A stretch of DNA of 64,000 bases from Acidimicrobiaceae bacterium (GCA_003161575.1 PMOE01000093.1:45606-109605), one strand, 5' to 3'; positions 44,671-53,546 are shown, counted from the stretch's first letter. Program-made: numbers and translations. Notes: a model not told the origin generated them from the letters alone.

Positions 44671-44911
44671 TTCCATCGGAGCGTCGGGACTGCGCGCTTC
44701 AGGGTATTGACTGCGTCAGTAGGTACGGTTCCACCGAAGCTAAAAGGGTCTCTTGGCTGCCTTGATTGGTGAACAGCTTCACAGTCTCAGTCGAACGTCC
44801 CAAAGTGCTCTGTCTCGTTTGCCCACGCCCAGGCACGGATGCCTTGCTTGCACTACCGTCATGGGTTGAACGAGAGCGAGGCGATCCGGCAGTCGAACAA
44901 CGAGGTGAGTC

Positions 44912-46564
44912 ATGGAGCAGCGCACCCAAAGCTCATTTAGATCACGACGAGCGGTCCTTTTGGGTCGGAAGCATCGGCGAGGAGGTGCCACACCGAGGCG
45001 CGGGGTTGCTGGCAGGCTGTCGGTCCTCCTGGTCGTACTGATGGCGGTGATGTGGGCCCTGGTGGGCGCGACTGCTCCAAGTGACGCCGGGGCCTCGGCT
45101 TCGGCCACCAGATCGCCGGGGGCGAAGGTGGCTCCGCACTTGACCGGATCGGGGCAGGGTTACTGGCTCGCTGCCTCTGACGGCGGGATCTTCAATTACG
45201 GCGATGCCGCCTTCTACGGCTCGACCGGCGGCCTCACGTTGTTCAAGCCCGTCGTCGGGATGGCGGCCACTCCAGACGGCCAGGGCTACTGGTTGGTCGC
45301 CAGCGACGGTGGGATCTTCGCCTTCGGCGACGCACACTTCTACGGCTCGACCGGCGGCGCCTCGTTGGCCCAGCCGATCGTCGGCATGGCGGCCACCCCT
45401 GACGGGAAGGGCTACTGGCTGGTCGCCAGTGACGGTGGGATCTTCGCCTTCGGCGATGCCGCCTTCTACGGCTCCGAGGGGGGAAAGCCATTGAATAAGC
45501 CCGTCGTCGGAATGGCGGCTACGCCCGACGGTCTCGGCTATTACTTCGTCGCCTCGGACGGCGGGATCTTCAACTTCGGTGACGCCAATTTCTACGGCTC
45601 GACCGGAGGCATGCCGCTGAACAAGCCGGTCGTCGGGATGGCGGTCGCTCCGACACAGAGCGTGGGAACACTCATCTCGCCGAACCAGATGATCACCGGA
45701 GTCTCTTGTCCCACCACCACGTGGTGCCAGGCGGTTGATGGCCATGGAAACGTGATCACTTACTCGAACGGCACGTGGTCGGCGCCTCAAGTCGTCGACC
45801 CGGGATCGATTGCCGACGTCGACCTCGGTGCTGGAGAGTTCGACGGGATTTCGTGTCCAACCACCACCTGGTGCATGGCGGTCAGCTATCTCGATGGGTA
45901 CACCATCTACAGCGGCGGATCATGGGGGCCGATGCTCCAAACACCATTGGGGATCGGCCACGGACTCCATGCAGTCTCTTGTTCAAGCTCGACCTTCTGT
46001 GGAGCCGAAGTCGACAATTCCGGTGATCTGGCGTTCTTCCTAGGTGGCACCAGCTGGTCGGAGCCGTCGACCAACAACGGCATCGGCATCGGACAGGGTT
46101 CAACACCGATTTCGTGTGTCGGCACATTCTGCATGTACGTGAACAATTACGGGGGGAGCCAAACCTCGAACAACGCAACGGGCCTGTCGCCCGCCATCAA
46201 CATCCCCGGTCAGACGAACAGCCTCTCATCGAGTGTGTCGTGTACTGCCTCAACGTTTTGCGTGGCCACCAATACCGGTTCATACTCAGCGGCAGAGTGG
46301 AACGGCTCGAATTGGTCGCAGAGCCCGACCTTTGCATCGAGCGCCAATATCAACCTCGGCGTGAACGCCATCTCCTGTGTCGCAATGTCGTGTGCTGCAG
46401 TGGACGACAGCAACGTGTATTCCTCCACCGGAGGTCTGTCGTGGTCGGGGCCGACTCCTTTCGATGCAACGGGGGAGGTCACGGTGCTTTCGTGTGCCAG
46501 CGCCACATTCTGCGCCGCTGGCGATATCAATGGATACGCGTACCTCCTCGACCCGCTGGCCTAG
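44912..46564 (+). CDS. secreted repeat protein: 4 x 42-aa [22 protein letters not shown] units followed by 7 Cys-pair (SCxxxxxCxA) units
   Basis: ATG follows GAGGTG. It has the N-terminal basic region plus hydrophobic [18 protein letters not shown]. Both repeat classes were read directly from the translation. Confidence 0.8.
   Translation: MEQRTQSSFRSRRAVLLGRKHRRGGATPRRGVAGRLSVLLVVLMAVMWALVGATAPSDAGASASATRSPGAKVAPHLTGSGQGYWLAASDGGIFNYGDAAFYGSTGGLTLFKPVVGMAATPDGQGYWLVASDGGIFAFGDAHFYGSTGGASLAQPIVGMAATPDGKGYWLVASDGGIFAFGDAAFYGSEGGKPLNKPVVGMAATPDGLGYYFVASDGGIFNFGDANFYGSTGGMPLNKPVVGMAVAPTQSVGTLISPNQMITGVSCPTTTWCQAVDGHGNVITYSNGTWSAPQVVDPGSIADVDLGAGEFDGISCPTTTWCMAVSYLDGYTIYSGGSWGPMLQTPLGIGHGLHAVSCSSSTFCGAEVDNSGDLAFFLGGTSWSEPSTNNGIGIGQGSTPISCVGTFCMYVNNYGGSQTSNNATGLSPAINIPGQTNSLSSSVSCTASTFCVATNTGSYSAAEWNGSNWSQSPTFASSANINLGVNAISCVAMSCAAVDDSNVYSSTGGLSWSGPTPFDATGEVTVLSCASATFCAAGDINGYAYLLDPLA
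45158..45661. repeat. four tandem 126-bp coding repeats
   Basis: These encode four consecutive 42-aa units beginning [30 protein letters not shown] and [10 protein letters not shown]. Confidence 0.8.
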
Positions 46565-46964
46565 GGGGATTCACTAGCGCAGGCGTCCACACTGCCCCCG
46601 ATCACCATCGGGAGTGTGACGCCTTCGGACGATGGGGAACCACTGGCAGCTCCGCTGCACCTTCGCCGCCGCCAGAACCCCGGTGGACAACACCGCCCCG
46701 TCTGCCCTCGACTCTCGATGGGTGCGCCGGCGGCGAACAAGGGCGCCCGCAGCGCGGCGAACGACACATTCATCCGAGAGTTCCTCACAGCCTGCCCAGT
46801 CCGCCCAGGGCTGACCGAGTTGTCACCCAGGGCGCCGATCGTCGTTGCCGACATCGGGCCTGCTGAGCGGACCAGAAGGGGAAGTCCACCCGTGTTCGTG
46901 CAGAATTCTCAGGTGATCGAGCGGCCATATTACGAAGTGGTGCAACGGCTCCAATGAGCCGATG

Positions 46965-48539
46965 TCACAACAGAGATGGGATGATCGCTTCCACCACGCT
47001 CGGTCCCGGAGTGGTGAGGGCCCGACCCAACTCTTCGGTGAACTCCTCGGCCGATTCAGCCCGTGCCGCGTGGAGACCCAGGCCGGTGGCCAGCTGCATG
47101 AAATTGATTGACGGGTGCCCGAGGTCGAGCATGTCCCGTGCGCGAGGTCCGGGCGAGTCGGCGCCGACCCGGTCGAGCTCCATGTTCAGCACCGCGTAGG
47201 AGTGGTTGTTGAGGAGTACCGTGGTGACATCGAGGCCCTCGCGGGCCATCGTCCACCAGGACTGCAATGTGTACAGGGCACTTCCGTCGGCTTCGAGCGC
47301 CACCACCCGCCGGCCCGGCGCGCCGATGGCGGCACCGACCGCCACCGGAAGGCCTTGGCCGATGGCTCCACCGGTCAGGCAGAGCCAGTCATGGGGAGGA
47401 GCCCCGGCGGTCGCTCCGGGGGCGAACAGCCCCGAGGTGTTCCCCTCATCGGACACGATGGCGTCTTCGGGCAGCAGGGCGCCGAGGGCTTGGCACACCG
47501 CCTGGGCCGTCAGCGGGCCTGTGGGATGGGCTGGGGTGGCGGCTGCCTGGCGGGGCGCCGTCCTCTCGTTGACCTCGAGCAGTTCAGCCAACGCCAGTAC
47601 CGCGGCGCCGACGTCGTCTCCGGGCTCGGCCAAACGGTGCACCGTGCATCCGTCTGGGACCAGGTCGCTTGGTTTGTCGGGGTAGGCGAAGAACGACACC
47701 GGTGACTTGGTATCCACCAGCACCAGGTGTCGGACGCCCTCGAGTTGCAATGCGGTGAACTCGGCCAAGTAGGCCAAGCGTTCCACGGGTGGTCGGCCCG
47801 CACCCCGTTCGAGACGGGCGGGGAACGTCTCGGCGAGCAGTTTGGTGCCGGTGGCGGCGGCAATGGCGGCGATGGTGTCGAGTGCCCTCCCAGTGCACGC
47901 CTGGCCGCCGATCAGGATGGCTGCGGTCTCGCCCGATCGCAACGCGGCTGCGGCCGCGTCGAGGACGTCTTCATCGGGCACAGCTCCGACGGTGCCCACC
48001 AGCGGTCCGGTCGGGCCCGACCCGGAGAGCACCACCCCTCCTTCGGACCACGACACGTCCGCCGGAAGAATCATCGTGGCCACCGACCCGGGGGGTCCGA
48101 CGGCGGCGGCGAGAGCGACGAGGGCGTCCGCGCTCAACTCGACCGTCGACTCGGAGGTGTGGACGAACGTTGACACATTGCGGGCCACTGTCTCAATGTC
48201 CGACTGCAGCTGGGCGTCGTAACGCCGATGAGTGGTGGCGTGGTCGCCCACGATGTTGACCACCGGGCTGTAGGCACGCCGGGCGTTGTGCAGGTTGGCT
48301 AGACCATTCCCGAGCCCTGGGCCCAGGTGGAGCAGGGTGGCTGCCGGCCGTCCAGCCATCCGGGCGTATCCGTCGGCCGCGCCGGTAGCCACCCCTTCGA
48401 AGAGAGCCAGCACGCTGTGCATGGCCGTCACGTCGTCGAGGGCGGCAACGAAATGCATCTCCGAGGTTCCCGGGTTCATGAAGCAAGTGTCGACGCCGTG
48501 GTCGACGAGGGTCCGAATCAGGGCCTGGGCTCCATTCAC
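46965..48539 (-). CDS. thiamine-pyrophosphate-dependent enzyme (acetolactate synthase large-subunit family)
   Basis: The 524-aa product has the N-terminus MNGAQALIRTLVDHGVDTCFMNPGTSEMHF...GAADGYARM and the C-terminal TPP-binding ALEADGSALYTLQSWWT...VLLNNHSYAV. Confidence 0.85.
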   Translation of the reverse strand: MNGAQALIRTLVDHGVDTCFMNPGTSEMHFVAALDDVTAMHSVLALFEGVATGAADGYARMAGRPAATLLHLGPGLGNGLANLHNARRAYSPVVNIVGDHATTHRRYDAQLQSDIETVARNVSTFVHTSESTVELSADALVALAAAVGPPGSVATMILPADVSWSEGGVVLSGSGPTGPLVGTVGAVPDEDVLDAAAAALRSGETAAILIGGQACTGRALDTIAAIAAATGTKLLAETFPARLERGAGRPPVERLAYLAEFTALQLEGVRHLVLVDTKSPVSFFAYPDKPSDLVPDGCTVHRLAEPGDDVGAAVLALAELLEVNERTAPRQAAATPAHPTGPLTAQAVCQALGALLPEDAIVSDEGNTSGLFAPGATAGAPPHDWLCLTGGAIGQGLPVAVGAAIGAPGRRVVALEADGSALYTLQSWWTMAREGLDVTTVLLNNHSYAVLNMELDRVGADSPGPRARDMLDLGHPSINFMQLATGLGLHAARAESAEEFTEELGRALTTPGPSVVEAIIPSLL

Positions 48540-49972
48540 CGGTGTTCTCCTTCAATGGTTGCCGGGTCGAAGATGGTGCCGGGGTTGAGGATGCCGTTCG
48601 GGTCGAACGCCGCCTTGATCCTGCGCATGAGGTCGAGCTTGATGGGATCTTCGAGCTCGGCGAGGTAGCGACGCTTCTGCGTCCCGATCCCGTGCTCCCC
48701 AGAGACGGCACCGCCCAATGACACACCGCCGGCGACGATGTCGTGCAGCAGTTGGTTGCGGACGTCCGGGTCAGACTGCCAGACCGACAGATGGACGTTG
48801 CCGTCAGCGGCGTGGCCGCACCCGACCACCAGTGACGACGTGCGGGCCGCCAACCCATTGACGACGTCCAGGTAGGCCGGTATCGAAGCACGGGGGACCA
48901 CGACGTCCACGATGTCGTCGGCGCCGCTGGCCTTGGCCGCCCAGAACGCGCGCTCTCGGGCTTCAATCATCTGGGTGCCGGCATGGGCCGGCAGCACATA
49001 GACGTCGAGTGCACCTAGGTCGGCTAAGTGCTCGGCCAGGGCCTGGGTGTCCTCCTCGAGGCGTGAGGCATGGTGGTTCTCGAGGACGATGACGAGATAG
49101 GCCAGGGCCCGTTCTTTGATGTCGTCGGGGACGCCGAGTTCGATGCCGGCATTGGCGGTGATCCCCGCCATCGACACCAGGTCGATGTACTCGACCAGCA
49201 ATGGGCCTATACCGCTGGCCACAATGGGCGGCACCGCCGTGGCGACCTGGTCGACGGTGGCGAACGGAGCCAGCAGCGTGGCATGGTGCCCGGGCCGGGG
49301 GTGTAGGCGGAGGATGACGCGGGTGACCAGGGCGAGGGTGCCCTCCGACCCGATCACCAGCTGGGTCAGGTCGTAGCCACTGGTGGACTTCACGAACTTG
49401 CCGCCGGTGGTGATCACCTCGCCGGTGCCCAGAACCGCCTCGATGCCCAGGACGTGGTGGCGGGTCACCCCGTACTTGACTGCCCGCATCCCGCCGGCGT
49501 TCGTCGCCACGTTGCCGCCCAAGCTGGCGGACTGCTCGCCGGGGAAGACCGGGTAGATCAAGCCGTAGGGGAGCAGTGCGACGTCCAGGTCGGCCAGCGT
49601 GGCTCCGGGCTCGACGACGGCCACATGGTTGGCGGTGTCGATCTCGAGGATGCGATTCATCCGCTCAAAGGACACCACCACCCCGCCGGCCACCGGTATG
49701 CATGCGCCGGACAGTCCGGTGCCGGAGCCACGCGGGGTGAGCGGCACACCCTCGGATGTGGCCGCCACGACGATGGCCGCCACCTCTTCGGTGGAGCCGG
49801 GGCGCACCACGGCCAGCGGGCAAATCGGAGAGGCGCCGAGGGCCTCGTCGTGGGTGGCGTCCTCGCTGATGTCGGAACCGGTGTCGACGTTGGCCGCACC
49901 GACGATGTCGACCAGCAGGCCCTCGATCACCGGTCTCGGTTCTGGGTGGCGGACATAACACCACGTGCCCAT
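48536..49972 (-). CDS. FAD-linked oxidase (GlcD / D-lactate dehydrogenase family)
   Basis: It has the FAD-binding PCMH motifs VVRPGSTEEVAAIV...LTPRGSGTGLSG and the C-terminal SGEHGIGTQKRRYL. The start is uncertain (ATG 49972 or GTG 49930). Its stop overlaps the TPP-enzyme ATG (ATGA). Confidence 0.85.
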   Translation of the reverse strand: MGTWCYVRHPEPRPVIEGLLVDIVGAANVDTGSDISEDATHDEALGASPICPLAVVRPGSTEEVAAIVVAATSEGVPLTPRGSGTGLSGACIPVAGGVVVSFERMNRILEIDTANHVAVVEPGATLADLDVALLPYGLIYPVFPGEQSASLGGNVATNAGGMRAVKYGVTRHHVLGIEAVLGTGEVITTGGKFVKSTSGYDLTQLVIGSEGTLALVTRVILRLHPRPGHHATLLAPFATVDQVATAVPPIVASGIGPLLVEYIDLVSMAGITANAGIELGVPDDIKERALAYLVIVLENHHASRLEEDTQALAEHLADLGALDVYVLPAHAGTQMIEARERAFWAAKASGADDIVDVVVPRASIPAYLDVVNGLAARTSSLVVGCGHAADGNVHLSVWQSDPDVRNQLLHDIVAGGVSLGGAVSGEHGIGTQKRRYLAELEDPIKLDLMRRIKAAFDPNGILNPGTIFDPATIEGEHR

Positions 49973-50383
49973 AGCGCTGGGTCCATCATTCACTCTCCCT
50001 GTCGGGCTACCGACGACACGCAGGCCGCCGGAAGTGTAAGCCCAGCTTTCCCTGCTTTGCCACAATCCGATCGCCGTCGACGACCGGTGCAGTGAGCATG
50101 GCCGAACGGGGACGGCGCGATTTGCGTCCCACGGTGTGCAACTCGAAGGCGGACACGCCCAAGGGGGAACTCAAGACCCGCCCCCGCTCAGGCGGAGGAT
50201 CACGAGGTAGGTCTTGTTCAGGGCCTTGAGGCCGATGTCGGCCAGGGGCTGTTGCAGACGCAGGTGTGACCCTATCCAGCCGAGGTAATGAGTGCCCCCG
50301 TACATCCGGGGATACCGGTTTGGTAGGCCACACGCGGAAGATGCTGCTTACCGCGAGCAGGACGTCGCTGGGTGTTCCCCCCG

Positions 50384-51322
50384 TCATGACGCCTCGAGGA
50401 ATTGGTTCCAGCGAATCTCCAGAAGCTCTCGGTCGGGACGCGCATTCCGTCGCTTAGGGAGCTCGATCTCGGACCCGTCGATTTCTTGGAGCGTATACTT
50501 GAGTGTCGGGCCGTCGATCTCGGTCATGACGTCGGGGCGCACGCCGACCCGGTAACGGGGCGAGATGCCAAAGATGTCGGCGTCGTACGCGGCGTGATGG
50601 ATCTTGCACATGGCGATCCCATTTGTCACCACCGGCTCACCTCCGGCCGAGTCCGGTAGGACGTGAGCTGCGTCGAGGAGCCGGGTGTGACGGAGCCGAC
50701 AGAGCGCGCATTGGTTTTCGTAAGCGACGAGCACTCGTTGGCGGAACATCGGCTGATGGAGCCGGGCCATGACCACCCGTTCGGCGTAGGAGCGCAGAAG
50801 GTCAGGGTCCTGAAGCGCCAGGTCCCGCCGGGCTCGGAGCGATTCCTGATCGAGCGAGACGACGAACTGGTGGGCAGCGGGCTCTTCAGCCGCAAGCCAG
50901 ACCGGGAAGACCGGCAGATAGACACCCGAGGCCACTCCGTGGAACCAAATGAGTGGCAGCTCCCGGACCTTCGCATTGCGGAGCGCCTTGTTGTCGGGGT
51001 GCTGTGGATCCTGGCCTCGCCACTTATACCGGAGGAACCCGTCGGCCCCGGGCTGATCGTCGTAGGGGCGCTGGGCGGGGTCGGGGGCGAAGACGGTCCG
51101 AAAACTCAGTGCTGAGCTCATCTGTCTCGGCTTCCAGATGCCCTGTTGGGTCGCCATGAGCCGGATGGCCGCGTTGTCCACGGAGAATCCGGCCAGGTCC
51201 TTCTGGCGGACGAGGACGGTGCCCGAGGCGGCCAGGCGCTCAAGATAGGCGAAGGCGCCAGCGCGGACCCTCTGGTCGTAGGCATCGGCGGCGGAGGACA
51301 CGCTAGGGGCCCGATCGGTCAT
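50384..51322 (-). CDS. HNH endonuclease (predicted restriction-endonuclease-like family)
   Basis: ATG 51322. The N-terminal domain reads ...LRYKWRGQDPQHPDNKALRNAKVRELPLIWFHGV. The C-terminal part is FRQRVLVAYENQCALCRL...LLDAAHVLPDSAGGEPVVTNGIAMCKIHHAAYD (HNH). Confidence 0.8.
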   Translation of the reverse strand: MTDRAPSVSSAADAYDQRVRAGAFAYLERLAASGTVLVRQKDLAGFSVDNAAIRLMATQQGIWKPRQMSSALSFRTVFAPDPAQRPYDDQPGADGFLRYKWRGQDPQHPDNKALRNAKVRELPLIWFHGVASGVYLPVFPVWLAAEEPAAHQFVVSLDQESLRARRDLALQDPDLLRSYAERVVMARLHQPMFRQRVLVAYENQCALCRLRHTRLLDAAHVLPDSAGGEPVVTNGIAMCKIHHAAYDADIFGISPRYRVGVRPDVMTEIDGPTLKYTLQEIDGSEIELPKRRNARPDRELLEIRWNQFLEAS

Positions 51323-51332
51323 GGACAAAGGC

Positions 51333-51506
51333 TCAACTCGGGTGGCGTTTCTTCCACGCCGCGTCGTCGTGTCGGAGCCACAATCTGATCCGACCATTAC
51401 TCCTGTCGACGACCGGCCGGGGGAAGTCCTCGTAACGATGCAGGTAGGTGGTGACGCTGTTGTAGTGGGACAGGCCCAGGAGCTCCGCGACATCGTTCGC
51501 ACTCAA
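51333..51506 (-). CDS. small helix-turn-helix DNA-binding protein (excisionase/AlpA-like)
   Basis: From TTG 51506 the product reads (M)SANDVAELLGLSHYNSVTTYLHRYEDFPRPVVDRSNGRIRLWLRHDDAAWKKR. The ORF stays open up to 51608, so the start is uncertain. It lies 10 nt upstream of the HNH gene. Confidence 0.55.
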   Translation of the reverse strand: MSANDVAELLGLSHYNSVTTYLHRYEDFPRPVVDRSNGRIRLWLRHDDAAWKKRHPS

Positions 51507-51669
51507 AGGTCGCTCGTTTCCACGGTTGGGCCTACGGAGGGAGTCTATGGATATTGACCCCGGAGCGCTGGGAGCGTGGACAACTGCACGCGCAACTGCC
51601 GGCCACAAGGCCGGCAGTTCGCAATTCTAGGTGGCGGACCGTTCAAGAACTCGTCCGCACCCCTTGGGG

Positions 51670-51705
51670 GTTTCGTGAACACTGAGGGTGTCGTTTCATG
51701 AACAC
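51670..51705. repeat. two 13-bp direct repeats GTTTCRTGAACAC spaced 23 bp apart
   Basis: Copies lie at 51670-51682 and 51693-51705, just 14-49 nt beyond the tmRNA 3' end. The second copy contains the perfect palindrome TTCATGAA. Confidence 0.6.
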
Positions 51706-51718
51706 CGTGCAGTCGCAG

Positions 51719-52066
51719 TGGAGGTGGCGGGAATCGAACCCGCGTCCTTCGGCATCTCAATGGGCCTTCTCCGAGCGCAGCCGGCAGAAGATTGTCGGGG
51801 GCGCCACTGCTGCTGGCACCTGTGGCACCCCGTATCCGGCTTAGATGTCCCTGACCGTTGGTCGGAGCAACAGGTCAGGTAAGCCCTACTTGATGACGCT
51901 CGTACCCGACCCGTAGGGCTGAGGCCGGACGAACGTCGCAGTTCTTAGGCTGCGAGCGCGAGCTGAGGCTCGGCGTTTATTTTTGGTTCCGGCTCTTTAA
52001 CGTGGCTCCGGAGACCACGGCTCGCTTCTCCCACCTTGATGACCGCAGTCGAGACCATTCACCCCC
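51719..52066 (-). ncRNA. ssrA: tmRNA (transfer-messenger RNA)
   Basis: The 5' end GGGGGUGAAUGGUCUCGAC pairs with the 3' end ...GGUUCGAUUCCCGCCACCUCCA, including the G3:U pair. The tag frame follows CAAAAAUAAAC: GCC GAG CCU CAG CUC GCG CUC GCA GCC UAA (AEPQLALAA, 51945-51974). It lies downstream of smpB. Confidence 0.93.
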
Positions 52067-52131
52067 TGGGGTTCGTTCATGTGTGCTTGGCGCCCAGTCG
52101 GGCGACTCCTCCATGCTATCGGCCGTACTGC

Positions 52132-52638
52132 TCAGCCCCAACGCTCGGCGTTTCTGGAGGCTCGGGCCGCCTCCCGTTCAGCATCTCTCGACAAGATGAG
52201 CTGGCGCTTGTCGTGCAGCCGGCGCCCCTTGGCCAGGGCCAACTCGACCTTGGCCTTCCCACCCCGGAAATACAGGGCGGTCGGGATCAAGGTGAGGGCC
52301 TGCTGTTGGGTCTTGCCCATCAGCTCGTCGATCTGCTTGCGGTGGACGAGGAGCTTGCGCCTGCGGTCCGGATCGTGGGCGCCGACACCTGTGGCGAATT
52401 GCCAGGGCGGAATGTGCATCCCGAAGAGCCAGAGTTCACCGTCGGACACACGGGCGTAGGCGTCGGAGAGCTGAGCCTTGCCCTCGCGCAGGGACTTCAC
52501 CTCGCTGCCTTGGAGCACGATGCCCGCTTCCAAGGTTTCGAGCAGGTCGTAGTCGTGTCGGGCCCGCCGGTTGGTGGCGACCCGGCGGTCGCCGCCAGTT
52601 CCGGCCGCCTCCCGGGCGGCAGCGCGCTTCGCGACCAT
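52132..52638 (-). CDS. smpB: SsrA-binding protein
   Basis: The product contains ATNRRARHDYDLLETLEAGIVLQGSEVKSLREGKAQLSDAY...LLVHRKQIDEL...ALYFRGGKAKVELALAKGRRLHDKR. The start is ambiguous (ATG 52638, GTG 52656 or TTG 52674). Confidence 0.9.
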   Translation of the reverse strand: MVAKRAAAREAAGTGGDRRVATNRRARHDYDLLETLEAGIVLQGSEVKSLREGKAQLSDAYARVSDGELWLFGMHIPPWQFATGVGAHDPDRRRKLLVHRKQIDELMGKTQQQALTLIPTALYFRGGKAKVELALAKGRRLHDKRQLILSRDAEREAARASRNAERWG

Positions 52639-52673
52639 CTTCTTCGCCCGTGCCACCTGAAGGAGGTTACCCA

Positions 52674-52757
52674 ATGACGCCCCGTGCTTTGGGCAAGTAT
52701 CCGCGTCGCCCCAGGCCAGCGCCGTTACGCTGTTGCAGCAATGTTGCGGTTACCTAA
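52674..52757 (+). CDS. candidate 27-codon leader ORF with tandem Cys codons, overlapping the mec start
   Basis: AGGAGG (52661-52666) lies 7 nt before ATG 52674. The product reads MTPRALGKYPRRPRPAPLRCCSNVAVT, ending at TAA 52755-52757. TGT TGC at 52731-52736 lies 5 nt before the mec ATG. The ORF is too short for the track. Confidence 0.35.
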   Translation: MTPRALGKYPRRPRPAPLRCCSNVAVT

Positions 52758-53163
52758 CGAGATCTACCTCCAGATGATCGGGCACTGCATAACCGGGCTG
52801 CCCGACGAGGCTTGTGGACTGCTCACTGGCCCTTACGGCAGTGGCGAGATCGTGGGCTGTTACCCGACGCGAAACGCCGCGGCCTCGGCCAGGCTCTACG
52901 AGATCGACCCGGTAGAAATCCTCCACGTCGATCGGGACGCTCAGAAGCGCGGAGTGGACATCATCGGGGTCTTCCATTCCCACACCCACACCGATGCCTA
53001 CCCGTCGCCAACCGATGTGGCTCAGGCGCTCGACCCGGGCTGGCACTACGTCTTGGTCTCTCTGCGCGACACCCACCCGGTGGTGCGCAGCTACTCCATC
53101 GTCGACGGGGAGATCACCGAGGAGTCGGTCGTCGTCCTCACCCACGCCGCCAAAGCCAGCTGA
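52741..53163 (+). CDS. mec: JAMM/MPN+ metalloprotease (Mec-type, CysO-processing)
   Basis: ATG 52741 gives MLRLPNEIYLQMIGHCITGLPDEACGLLTG. The JAMM motif is HSHTHTDAYPSPTD (HxHx7Sx2D). It lies directly upstream of cysO-cysM. Confidence 0.85.
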   Translation: MLRLPNEIYLQMIGHCITGLPDEACGLLTGPYGSGEIVGCYPTRNAAASARLYEIDPVEILHVDRDAQKRGVDIIGVFHSHTHTDAYPSPTDVAQALDPGWHYVLVSLRDTHPVVRSYSIVDGEITEESVVVLTHAAKAS

Positions 53164-53270
53164 ACCGGCCTCGGCCCAGCCCCCGGCGGCCCCGGTAGAA
53201 TCCCCAGGAGATCAGTCAACAATCGCGGTCCACCGCCCGGAACCGTGCCCACCGAGACCCAGGAGGTCCC

Positions 53271-53546
53271 GTGCCAGTCGAAGTCCGCCTGCCGACCCTG
53301 CTGCGCTCCCAGGCAGGAGGCCAGGCCAGCGTCGTGGTGTCCGGCGACACGATCGGTGAGGTGATCGAGGCCCTGGTGGCCGAATACCCGGGCACGGCCA
53401 GTCAAATCCTCAATCAGGACGGTACGTTGCATAAATTCGTGAACGTCTACGTAAACGACGACGACGTCCGGTATCTCTCGGCCTTCGACACCCCGGTGCA
53501 GGACGGTGACGAGGTCTCGATCCTGCCCGCCGTGGCCGGCGGCTGA
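53271..53546 (+). CDS. cysO: MoaD/ThiS-family sulfur carrier protein
   Basis: GTG follows AGGAGG. The 91-aa product has the beta-grasp pattern and ends ...VSILPAVAGG (C-terminal Gly-Gly). Confidence 0.88.
   Translation: MPVEVRLPTLLRSQAGGQASVVVSGDTIGEVIEALVAEYPGTASQILNQDGTLHKFVNVYVNDDDVRYLSAFDTPVQDGDEVSILPAVAGG

Noticed and set aside
46561-46964. ORFs of 97 aa (minus) and 113 aa (plus) in the 400-bp gap after the repeat protein
   Set aside because: Both have only moderate third-position GC (about 68-72% by hand count, against clearly higher in real genes here), no SD and no family resemblance. I could not decide between them.
50066-51718. Search for an integrase, a transposase or a duplicated ssrA 3' segment (att) to delimit the putative tmRNA-associated island
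   Set aside because: No recombinase-like ORF was found, and no copy of the GGCGGGAATCGAACCCGC-type segment was found by eye. The element is therefore described only as a possible decayed islet, not as a mobile element.
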